Below are positions 47,112 through 55,272 of a DNA stretch of 64,000 nt, piece after piece. Position numbers and translations under genes: made by a program. The DNA is from an uncultured Methanosarcinales archaeon (GTDB lineage Archaea > Nanobdellota > Nanobdellia > Woesearchaeales > CAYPCY01). The stretch's first letter is position 1; each line of letters opens with the position of its first letter. Below the pieces are notes generated by a model, which saw only the letters and a program-made list of their open reading frames with translations, was not told where the DNA came from and searched no databases. The DNA lies in assembly GCA_964409385.1 (NCBI GenBank), contig CAYPCY010000002.1, positions 143,941-207,940 of the forward strand. Reading direction: 5' to 3'.

Positions 47112-48821
47112 ATGGATAAGATCCCTAAAGACATGCAAAAAAAATTTGAAGTTTTACAGAAAAAGGTTGATAAGTTCAAGGATAAAATTCTTTCTAAATT
47201 CTCTGATAATATTGTGGGTATTAATCTCTTACCTCCTGATAAGGATAATAAGGATTCTATAAGAGTTCTTGTTTTACTGGATGATACTGATAGTAAGAAA
47301 ATGTCCAAGGAGGAAATTAAAGAAAAATCTTCTAAAGTAATTAATAATATTGCCGAGTCCTTAGACAAGAACTTAAAACCTGATACTATGCTTCTTTCAG
47401 AATTATGGCAGGCTTGTTATGATGGAAAGAATGAAGTATTGCAGAGTATTGCCTTATCTCATATTATTTATGAGAAGGGTATGATGTCTGCTATTAAGAT
47501 TTCTGAAATTCATAAGAGTATGGTCTTGAAAAAGTTCGAGAAGTATATTGTTGCTTATGTTCTTGTTGGTTCTTTAGCTCAGGGAAGGGCAACTAGTGAG
47601 TCTGATATTGATGTTAGTATTATTATTGATGATACTGATGTTAAGAGGATGACTAGGGCGGAATTAAAGGATAAGCTTAGGATGATTATTCTTCAAATGG
47701 GTTTTGAAGCTGGTGAGATTACTGGTATTAAGAACAAGCTTAACATTCAAGTTTACATTCTTACTGACTTTTGGGATTTCATGAAAGAAGCAAACCCTGT
47801 GATTTTTACTTTCTTAAGGGATGGTATTCCTTTCTATGACAGGGGTATTTTCATGCCTTGGAAGAACCTTCTTAAAATGGGGCGTGTAAAGCCCAGTCCT
47901 GAATCTATTGATATGCTCATGCATTCTGGAGAGCAATTTCTTGAAAGGGCTGAATTTAAGGTTAAGGATATTGGTATGGAAGATACTTTCTGGGCGATAC
48001 TTACTCCTTCACAGGCTGCTTTGATGATGTATGGTATTCCACCACCAACTCCTAAGGAGACTCCTGATTTGATGAGGGAGGTTTTTGTTAGCAGAAAATT
48101 ATTAGAAGAAAAATATGTTAAGATTCTGGAAAAGAACATTCAAGTAAGGAAAGATTTAGAGCATGGTTCTAGAAAATCAATAAGCGGAAAGGAAGTTGAT
48201 GAATTATTAAATAATGCAAAGGAATATTTAGACAGGATAAAGAAATTATTCACTACTATTGGAAAAACTAAAGAGCAAGATAGTATTTCTGAACAGTTTG
48301 AAACTGTAGTTTCAGTAGCTAGGGAGGCTTTAAAGATTGAAGGAGTTAAAGGAAAAATTCCTGAAGCTAACATTACTAAAAAGTTTGATGAAGACTTAAT
48401 ACAGAGAGGCAAACTTCCTGATAAGTTTTTAAGAATATTAAAAGAATTAATTAAACTAAAGTCTAAAAAGTCATTTTCAAAGTCTGAATCTCATAATATT
48501 GAGAAGAAATCAAGGGAGTTTATTAGGGCTATTATTGAATATTCCCAAAGAAAAACTTCTAGGAGTTTAGATTCTTCTAAGATTCGTGTTGTTTATGATG
48601 ATCAACCGGGCGAAATAGTTTTCACAAAAAATACTGTTTTTTTAGTTAAAGGAAAAGAAATTAAGAAAACAACTTATTCTTTTTCCTCATTAGAAAATTC
48701 TTCACAGAAAGAGTTTAATGAAGCAATAAAAGAATTGGCAATGTCTAAAGTTGCCTTGAATCAAAAACTTTTTAAGCTTGTAAGAGATTTTTTTGGTTCA
48801 GGGGTTGAAGTTAGATTATGA
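47112..48821 (+). CDS. tandem nucleotidyltransferase (one degenerate, one intact) fused to a HEPN-like domain
   Basis: VGSLAQG....SDIDVSIIIDD; degenerate copy IRVLVLLDD; helical C-terminal half with RKDLEH. Confidence 0.75.
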   Translation: MDKIPKDMQKKFEVLQKKVDKFKDKILSKFSDNIVGINLLPPDKDNKDSIRVLVLLDDTDSKKMSKEEIKEKSSKVINNIAESLDKNLKPDTMLLSELWQACYDGKNEVLQSIALSHIIYEKGMMSAIKISEIHKSMVLKKFEKYIVAYVLVGSLAQGRATSESDIDVSIIIDDTDVKRMTRAELKDKLRMIILQMGFEAGEITGIKNKLNIQVYILTDFWDFMKEANPVIFTFLRDGIPFYDRGIFMPWKNLLKMGRVKPSPESIDMLMHSGEQFLERAEFKVKDIGMEDTFWAILTPSQAALMMYGIPPPTPKETPDLMREVFVSRKLLEEKYVKILEKNIQVRKDLEHGSRKSISGKEVDELLNNAKEYLDRIKKLFTTIGKTKEQDSISEQFETVVSVAREALKIEGVKGKIPEANITKKFDEDLIQRGKLPDKFLRILKELIKLKSKKSFSKSESHNIEKKSREFIRAIIEYSQRKTSRSLDSSKIRVVYDDQPGEIVFTKNTVFLVKGKEIKKTTYSFSSLENSSQKEFNEAIKELAMSKVALNQKLFKLVRDFFGSGVEVRL

Positions 48822-49351
48822 AGACAGGAATTACTTGCGCTGATGCCATGACTACAGAACCAGTTAATATTAGAGAATCTGCTCTAATTCCTGATTGTGC
48901 TTCTTTAATGAAGGAGAAACATGTTGGTGCTTTGTTAGTCGTTGAGAATAAGAGATTAAAGGGTATAATTACGGAGCAGGACATTGTTAGAAGAGTGGTT
49001 GCTGAAGGTTTAAACCCTAAAGAGACTATTGCAAAGGATATTCTTTCCAGTAATATTTATTCTATTCCTCCCGGAGAGGATATTTTTGAGGCTTTACTGA
49101 TCATGAAAGATGAGAATATTAGACATGTTACTGTTATGGAAGGAGATAAACTTCTTGGTTTATTAACTGGTAAGGATATTTTGAAGATTGAACCTCAATT
49201 GTTTGAATTACTTGCTGAAAAGATTGAATTAAGAGAGGCTTCTAGGAAACCATTAGGTATTTCAGAGGGTAATTGTGAAGATTGTGGTGAATTTGGTGAA
49301 AAATTATATTTTATGACTAATAAAGCACTTTGTAAGGCTTGTATTAGTTAA
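48818..49351 (+). CDS. CBS-pair protein with C-terminal Zn ribbon
   Basis: Two CBS repeats; G.CEDCG...LCKAC. Confidence 0.9.
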   Translation: MKTGITCADAMTTEPVNIRESALIPDCASLMKEKHVGALLVVENKRLKGIITEQDIVRRVVAEGLNPKETIAKDILSSNIYSIPPGEDIFEALLIMKDENIRHVTVMEGDKLLGLLTGKDILKIEPQLFELLAEKIELREASRKPLGISEGNCEDCGEFGEKLYFMTNKALCKACIS

Positions 49352-49392
49352 ATAATTAAATTTATAAAAGAAAAGTTTTTTTAAAGTTTAAA

Positions 49393-49581
49393 ATGGGAAG
49401 GATAAAAACACAACTTGTAAAGAGAGTCTCTGCAGATTTAATTGCTGATAATCCTGGCAAGTTCACTACAGTTTTTGATAAGAATAAGGATTTACTTAAA
49501 GAAACTGCGGATATTCCTAGTAAGAAGATTAGAAATTTAATTGCAGGTTCAATAACTGGTTTAGTAAAGAAACATGAGTGA
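49393..49581 (+). CDS. rps17e: 30S ribosomal protein S17e
   Basis: MGRIKT..VKR, F..NK, SKKIRN.IAG.IT. Confidence 0.95.
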   Translation: MGRIKTQLVKRVSADLIADNPGKFTTVFDKNKDLLKETADIPSKKIRNLIAGSITGLVKKHE

Positions 49582-49852
49582 TAATACTATCTTCATTTGG
49601 AACAAGCCTTTCATGAATTATGTTACTGCTGTTGTTATGCAGTTTACGACAAAAGAGGCTAAGGAAGTAATTATTAAGGCCAGGGGAAAGTTTATTTCTA
49701 GAGCAGTTGATGTTTCTGAAGTTGCCACTAAGAGGTTTTTAACTGATCAGATTGAAATTAGTAAGATTTCTATAGATAGTGAAGAGTTTAAGAATAAGGA
49801 AGATAAGGAAGTTCGGGTTTCTACTATTGAAATAGTTCTTAAGAAGAAATAA
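49574..49852 (+). CDS. albA: DNA/RNA-binding protein Alba
   Basis: KPFMNYV.A, IKARGKFISRAVDV, VSTIEI.L. Confidence 0.95.
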   Translation: MSDNTIFIWNKPFMNYVTAVVMQFTTKEAKEVIIKARGKFISRAVDVSEVATKRFLTDQIEISKISIDSEEFKNKEDKEVRVSTIEIVLKKK

Positions 49853-49898
49853 ACCACCCAATAAATTTATATTCTAATTATTTATTTTAATTTATTAC

Positions 49899-49970
49899 GG
49901 GTCTGTAGTATAATGGATAGAACAAGTGGCTTCGGACCACTAGATCCCGGTTCGAATCCGGGCAGACTCA
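49899..49970 (+). tRNA. tRNA-Arg(TCG), intronless
   Basis: Acceptor GGGTCTG/CAGACTC-A; anticodon arm AGTGG-CTTCGGA-CCACT; T arm CCCGG-TTCGAAT-CCGGG. Confidence 0.93.
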
Positions 49971-50077
49971 TTATTTTTTTTATTTAGTTTTGGATTCGGA
50001 CTTGTTGTTCAAAATCTTTTTTTTTGTGATTTTGTAACTTCAGAATTGTTTTGATTCTGTAATGAATCCGGAAGGGG

Positions 50078-50314
50078 TCATAACCTATCAAATTCTTCAA
50101 CTAGTTTATTTTGTATTCTTTCGTATTTTCTTATTTTTAGAGGAATATAAATTTTGGAGTGAAAGTATTTAATTACTGAAAATCCGGGTTTTAACCTTTC
50201 TTGTTCTTCTTTTAATAAGCAAATTCTTGCACTCACATCCAATATTCTGTCCTCTAGAACTTCTTCTTCCTTACTGAATTGTCTTGTAGGTAATAAAAAT
50301 AATAAGTGTAGCAT
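50078..50314 (-). CDS. small hypothetical protein
   Basis: 78-aa ORF. Confidence 0.45.
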   Translation of the reverse strand: MLHLLFLLPTRQFSKEEEVLEDRILDVSARICLLKEEQERLKPGFSVIKYFHSKIYIPLKIRKYERIQNKLVEEFDRL

Positions 50315-50384
50315 AGTGTTAGTTAGAAATTAAGTTTTAAAACTCTTTGGGAAGATTTAATAACTTCTTAAGATTCCTTTCTTC

Positions 50385-50705
50385 ATGGAACTTTCTGATT
50401 TACTGCTTGATATTGAAACTCCTAAATTGGCTATTATTGGTACTACTGGTGTTATTACTGGCGTTTTATCTAATTATTTAAAGTTTGATAGGGTTCTTAA
50501 GAAGAATAAGTTTTTTACTAAGGATAAACATTTAGATAGTGAATTGATAAAGGCTTCAATTGCTTTTATTGGTGGTTTTGGAGCTACTGAATTATCTGAA
50601 GGTAATATTTATTCTAATGTTGGAGAAATGACTGTTTATAGTTTGGCGTTTAGGACTGGTTTTGAATTGGGTGATAGAATTTACAAATCAGTAAGAAAAC
50701 GGTAG
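50385..50705 (+). CDS. small hypothetical membrane protein
   Basis: Gly-rich hydrophobic segments. Confidence 0.55.
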   Translation: MELSDLLLDIETPKLAIIGTTGVITGVLSNYLKFDRVLKKNKFFTKDKHLDSELIKASIAFIGGFGATELSEGNIYSNVGEMTVYSLAFRTGFELGDRIYKSVRKR

Positions 50706-50748
50706 ATTTTTCTATTTTAATTTTCTGAATGAAACTAAAATAATTTTA

Positions 50749-51063
50749 TTATAGAATTCTTAATGATTGTATTTTTTTCTTAATTACTTTCTTTCCGGGT
50801 AGTTTATCTAGTAGTTTGTGGTAGTATAGTGAACTATGTAGTGGTCTGTCAATCTTGTAAATTTCTCCTCTTGTTTTTCCTGGATAGTGTGTATTGTAGA
50901 ATTTGTATGGGTCTCCTTGATATCTGCTTGCTAATGGTAATTTATTCAGGTCTCCTTGTCTTTTTATTTTAGTGTATAATGCATTGTTTTTTCTTTGTAA
51001 TTGTCCTCTAGAAAGTTCAGGATAGTTTTTTCTTGCTTTATTAATTGCTTTGTCTATGCTCAT
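50749..51063 (-). CDS. small basic protein with internal duplication
   Basis: YPELSRGQL...LY....LNKLP and YPGKTRGEI...L....LDKLP. Confidence 0.6.
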   Translation of the reverse strand: MSIDKAINKARKNYPELSRGQLQRKNNALYTKIKRQGDLNKLPLASRYQGDPYKFYNTHYPGKTRGEIYKIDRPLHSSLYYHKLLDKLPGKKVIKKKIQSLRIL

Positions 51064-52322
51064 TTGTAAAATGCCTCATAATCATTGTGATTTGTAAAAT
51101 ATTTAAATATTTCTACTGTTAGTGTTTTATCTTCATTTCTTGATACTTCAAATAATGCTCTTCTTCTTCCAAATCCTTCTCTTCTGTAGTGGCCTTCGTG
51201 TCCTCTGGAAGTTGCGCAACTGTCATAGAATGATGCTCTTACTATTTTTGAAAATTTCATTATTCTTCTTCCTGTATTGAATGGATTTTCTAATAATTGT
51301 TTTTCTATATTGTCTCTGTCTTTTCTGTTTTCTATTATTGTTAGGCCTTCAATGTATACTTTTGGTTTGTCTTCGCTTATTAGTGATCTTATTTTTTTTG
51401 CTGTTGTGAATCTTTTCTTTCTGTATTTGGGCAGTATTCCTCTTACTCCGTTGTACGCGTCTAGTAAGTCTTCTAGTGCGTATTTGTATTCTTGAAAGTT
51501 TTCTTTTAGTATTGCACTTTTTTTGAATAATGGGGTTGCTTCTTGTTTTCTGTATCCGTGTGTTTCAAATATGTTTTCTATGCAATTAATGAATTGTTTT
51601 ATTTCTTTATAGTTTGGAAGTTCTATTAGGTTTTTTGCTTTTCTTCCTTTTATTCCTCTTGTTTTAAGAAAGTCTATTTCTTCTTTATCATATTGTGTTG
51701 GTTTGTATGGTATTATTATTTTAGGTGTTTTTTTAATTATTTTTTGGATTATTGCAGGTTTTTTAGTTATTGGTTTTTTAAGTATTATTTTTCTTGCTCT
51801 TGATCTGTTTATTTCTTTATTTAATGTTTTTATTAGTGTTTCTTCTACTTGTTCGTTAGAAATGTGTATTTTAGTAGTTTGTAATTGGGATATCAGGTTT
51901 AAGTTTGTTTCTAGGTTTAGAATATTGTTTTTAGTATCGACTATTTTGTTTAGTGTTTTGTTTACTAGGGTGTTTGTTTTATGAAGGTCTTTCTTGTCTA
52001 GTTTAATTTCGTTTTCGTCATAGAGATTCCCAAATATGTTGTTTTGTTTTTTTACATATGTAGATATTTTTTTTAGTTCGTGAAGATTTTGCATAACTTC
52101 TCTGTTTGCTTCACTAAACGCGTATCTGTAACTTTCTATTTTGTCTACTAGGGGGTCTATGTATGGTATGAATTTTTCAATATTTATTGTTTTGTATGTT
52201 GTATTTTCTGGTTTTATTTTAATTATTTTTTTCTCTCTTGGAGCTTTGAATTGTTTTTGTACTTCTATTATGGTATTTTCACTATTTTGCAGGATTTTTA
52301 TTATGTTTTCTTCTAGGTTCAT
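51060..52322 (-). CDS. hypothetical protein (coiled coil plus possible RelE/HigB-like C-terminal domain)
   Basis: 420-aa ORF; C-terminus R.EGFGRRRALFEV.....I..YFTNHNDY. Confidence 0.6.
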   Translation of the reverse strand: MNLEENIIKILQNSENTIIEVQKQFKAPREKKIIKIKPENTTYKTINIEKFIPYIDPLVDKIESYRYAFSEANREVMQNLHELKKISTYVKKQNNIFGNLYDENEIKLDKKDLHKTNTLVNKTLNKIVDTKNNILNLETNLNLISQLQTTKIHISNEQVEETLIKTLNKEINRSRARKIILKKPITKKPAIIQKIIKKTPKIIIPYKPTQYDKEEIDFLKTRGIKGRKAKNLIELPNYKEIKQFINCIENIFETHGYRKQEATPLFKKSAILKENFQEYKYALEDLLDAYNGVRGILPKYRKKRFTTAKKIRSLISEDKPKVYIEGLTIIENRKDRDNIEKQLLENPFNTGRRIMKFSKIVRASFYDSCATSRGHEGHYRREGFGRRRALFEVSRNEDKTLTVEIFKYFTNHNDYEAFYK

Positions 52323-52421
52323 TGTTGTCGAGAATTGATAATATAATATAAAGATTGTGTTTGTTACTACGACTAAGTAATTAGACCAGTTTTATATATT
52401 ATAATAAGTTCCTTCTAAAAA

Positions 52422-52763
52422 ATGAATCTAGTTGATGATATAAAGGATTGCTTATCTTTTTTTGACAGGCATAATATTGTTTATTCTGAAGATAAGAATT
52501 TAGAATTGGGAATTTCTTATTTTAGTAGTGAGGATAATGATCTTGTTTTAGGCCTTGCTGATTTTAACAAGAAAATTCCTGATTATTATGAAGTTATATT
52601 TTATAAGAATAGGTTTGAAATTTTTAAAAGAGAAGGAAGTAATAAAAAAACAGATTCGTTCTTTAGTAATTATGGAACTTTCATTATTAATAAGATTAAA
52701 GAGTATGAAAAAACTAAGGAGTGTAGGACTATTATTAGGACGATAGAGGATAAATTATGTTAA
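52422..52763 (+). CDS. hypothetical protein
   Basis: 113-aa ORF; TTTTATAT box upstream. Confidence 0.55.
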   Translation: MNLVDDIKDCLSFFDRHNIVYSEDKNLELGISYFSSEDNDLVLGLADFNKKIPDYYEVIFYKNRFEIFKREGSNKKTDSFFSNYGTFIINKIKEYEKTKECRTIIRTIEDKLC

Positions 52764-53101
52764 ATATTGAACAATTGGTTAAGCTTCATGATTCTGGACT
52801 TTCAGTGGAATTATCTGATGAAATAACTCCTTTAAAGGGATTGTATGATCCTTCTTTCTTTCATATTAAGCTTTTTGAAGAGAGTTTATTTTCTGAAATA
52901 GATAGGGATTTGACTATTCTTCATGAGTTTATTCATGCAAGGGATGATTTTTTTAATGGAAATTTATCTAAGGTTGTTTCTAACAATCCTTATTCTGGTA
53001 ATAAGGATGATTATGAATTAGCTACTGAAAATGAAGCTAGGGAAGTTTATGCTAATAAGCCTGTAGTTCTTGATTATATTAAGAAGTCTTTTGATTTGTA
53101 A
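52757..53101 (+). CDS. small zincin-like (HExxH) protein
   Basis: KGLYD...I.L...TILHEFIH...E..A. Confidence 0.65.
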   Translation: MLNIEQLVKLHDSGLSVELSDEITPLKGLYDPSFFHIKLFEESLFSEIDRDLTILHEFIHARDDFFNGNLSKVVSNNPYSGNKDDYELATENEAREVYANKPVVLDYIKKSFDL

Positions 53102-53134
53102 ATATTTATATTCTAACTTTAATTGAACTAGTTA

Positions 53135-53851
53135 ATGAAGGACTTATTCAGTAAAAAATATGTTTATTTTGTTGGGAGAGGTAATGTCGCAATTAAGATT
53201 CTATTAAAAATAACAAAAGAACATTCTAATAAGTTATTAATTCAGGATGATGGTGGTTGGTTGACTTACGAACCTTTTGGTAGAAAATTAGGTTTTGAGA
53301 TTACTAAAATAAGTTTAAACAAGGATATTCATTTTAAGGATGCCGTTTTAATTCTTCATTCAATGGCGGGTTATCATAGTTTATTGGATATGAAAAACAT
53401 TGAAAAACAATGTAAGAAGAATAATATTGTTTTAATTAATGATGCTTCTGGTTCTATTGGTTTGGAAGAGGCGAAAATAGGAGATTATATTTTAGTAAGT
53501 AGTAATAAGGATAAGCCCTTGAATTATGAAAGGGTTGGTATTATTGCTACTGATGAAAAACTAGATATTGAACAAGTAAAAATCAACAAGGAAGAATTTG
53601 CGAAAAAGTTAAAAGAATTACCAGAGAGACTTAAATTCTTACAAGAAAAAAAGGAAAAAGCTAAAAACTTATTTAAAGATTTTAATATTGTAGAAAAGAA
53701 AGGTATTAATATCATTGTATTATTCAATACTGAAGAAGAAAAAAACAATATAATAAAAATTTGCAAAAATAATAAATATGAATATACTGAATGTCCAAGA
53801 TACATTAGATTATTAAAAAAAGGAATTTCAGTCGAGGTTAAAAGATGTTAA
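53135..53851 (+). CDS. compact fold-I PLP-dependent transferase-like protein (DegT-like)
   Basis: RGN.AI, LINDASGSIG, GD....S..KDKP; C-terminal ECPRYIR. Confidence 0.6.
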   Translation: MKDLFSKKYVYFVGRGNVAIKILLKITKEHSNKLLIQDDGGWLTYEPFGRKLGFEITKISLNKDIHFKDAVLILHSMAGYHSLLDMKNIEKQCKKNNIVLINDASGSIGLEEAKIGDYILVSSNKDKPLNYERVGIIATDEKLDIEQVKINKEEFAKKLKELPERLKFLQEKKEKAKNLFKDFNIVEKKGINIIVLFNTEEEKNNIIKICKNNKYEYTECPRYIRLLKKGISVEVKRC

Positions 53852-54237
53852 AAAGACCAGAAGGAATGAATGAAGTTGTTTATTTTACTAGAAGAACATT
53901 AGGTGATAAAGGAAAGATTATGGCTTGGGCCTTAAAAAAAACATGTGATAAATGTAGTAATGCATTAATGGGCAAGCCTGTTGAAAAAGGAAAGGTTAAA
54001 ATTAGGGCTAAAGAATATGTTTGTCCAAGTTGTGGTAATGTCGAAGAAAAGTTAGAGCATGAAAAGAAATTAGAAGTTTCTGTTGATTATACTTGTCCGC
54101 ATTGTGAACATAAGGGTGAAGCTACTACTCCTTATCAAAGAAAAACTTTCAAAGGAGCTAAATCTTTTATTTTCAATTGTGGCAATTGCCAAGAAAAAAT
54201 TGGAATATCAAAAAAAATGAAGAAGTTTAAGCAATAG
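53845..54237 (+). CDS. double zinc-ribbon protein
   Basis: CDKC, CPSC, CPHC, CGNC. Confidence 0.8.
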   Translation: MLKRPEGMNEVVYFTRRTLGDKGKIMAWALKKTCDKCSNALMGKPVEKGKVKIRAKEYVCPSCGNVEEKLEHEKKLEVSVDYTCPHCEHKGEATTPYQRKTFKGAKSFIFNCGNCQEKIGISKKMKKFKQ

Positions 54238-55117
54238 CTTTTAGATCAATATGGTTTTGAAGTTCTTTATACCTATTTCTTATAGTAACTTCAGTAACTC
54301 CAGCTTCTTCCCCAACTTTTTGTTGAGTAGTTTTTTCATCATTAATCATTGCTGCCATGTAAACTGCAGCTGCTGCAATTCCTTGAGGGCTCTTTCCAGA
54401 AGTTAATTCTGCCTTTTGAGCTCTTTCAATAATTGTAACTGCTAAAGTTTGTGTTTCAGGACTTAATTTTAATGAAGATGAAAGTCTTGCTACATAAGTT
54501 GCAGGATTTGTTGGCATAATCTTTAATTCTAACCTTCTTGTTAAGAATCTGTAATTTCTACCTAGTTCTTTTTCTTCAATGCTCGTAGCATTTGAAAATT
54601 CTGATATTGTTCTAGGAATTTCATTCTGTCTACATGCTGCATATACTGCTGCTGCTGAGATTATTTCAGTACTTCTTCCTCTAACTAGGCCTCTTTGTAC
54701 TGCCATAGTATAGATTCTTGCTGATTCTTCTTCAACATTAGCAGGTAATTCTAAATATGATATTAATCTTTTAATTTCAGAAAGTGCAAGTTGTAAATTT
54801 CTTTCTATAGCAGTTCCTACTCTTCTCTGCCATAATCTTAATCTGTAGAATTTGTCTCTTTGTCTTTTTGTTAATCTTGATAAGTCTGCTGATCTTCCAA
54901 CTTCTGTTCCTAAGCCCTGATCTGCCTGTGTATAAGTTAGTGGAGCGCCAGTTCTCCTTTTAGAACCGTCTGAAGATTCGAATTCTCTCCATTCCTTGTC
55001 AAAATCAACTAATTTGTCTTCTAGAACTAATCCGCACTCTTGGCATATGATCTCGCCTTTTTCGGCATGGTGTTTTAAATTTGAATTTCCACATTCCGGA
55101 CATTTTTTAGCTTGCAT
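54227..55117 (-). CDS. tfb: transcription initiation factor IIB (TFB)
   Basis: CPECG Zn ribbon, EWR.F, ERNL..AL.EI, GRS, GKSP.G.AAA, VTEVTIRNRYKEL. Confidence 0.97.
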   Translation of the reverse strand: MQAKKCPECGNSNLKHHAEKGEIICQECGLVLEDKLVDFDKEWREFESSDGSKRRTGAPLTYTQADQGLGTEVGRSADLSRLTKRQRDKFYRLRLWQRRVGTAIERNLQLALSEIKRLISYLELPANVEEESARIYTMAVQRGLVRGRSTEIISAAAVYAACRQNEIPRTISEFSNATSIEEKELGRNYRFLTRRLELKIMPTNPATYVARLSSSLKLSPETQTLAVTIIERAQKAELTSGKSPQGIAAAAVYMAAMINDEKTTQQKVGEEAGVTEVTIRNRYKELQNHIDLKAIA

Positions 55118-55272
55118 TTTAGTCTTTTGCCTAATACTCCTTACTTTATTGCAAGAATTTATTGGCCCCCAACAACTCTATAGTAGAAACACAAAGCTTT
55201 ATAAATGTTTCGATTAAATTTCATGTGGAACTCTTGGAAATATATTTAAAGTTAAAGATTCTAGTCTGGGAA

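Noticed and set aside
49574..49610. Alba N-terminus reads IFIWNKP instead of the usual IFIGxKP
   Set aside because: A single-residue difference that could be a local sequence error; the rest of the protein is normal.
49950..53130. Integrated element at tRNA-Arg
   Set aside because: No integrase and no convincing duplication of the tRNA 3' end; only a short GAATCCGG match about 100 bp downstream.
55162..55272. N-terminal extension of MetRS given in the ORF track
   Set aside because: It spans the divergent tfb/metG promoter region; homology starts at ATG 55273.
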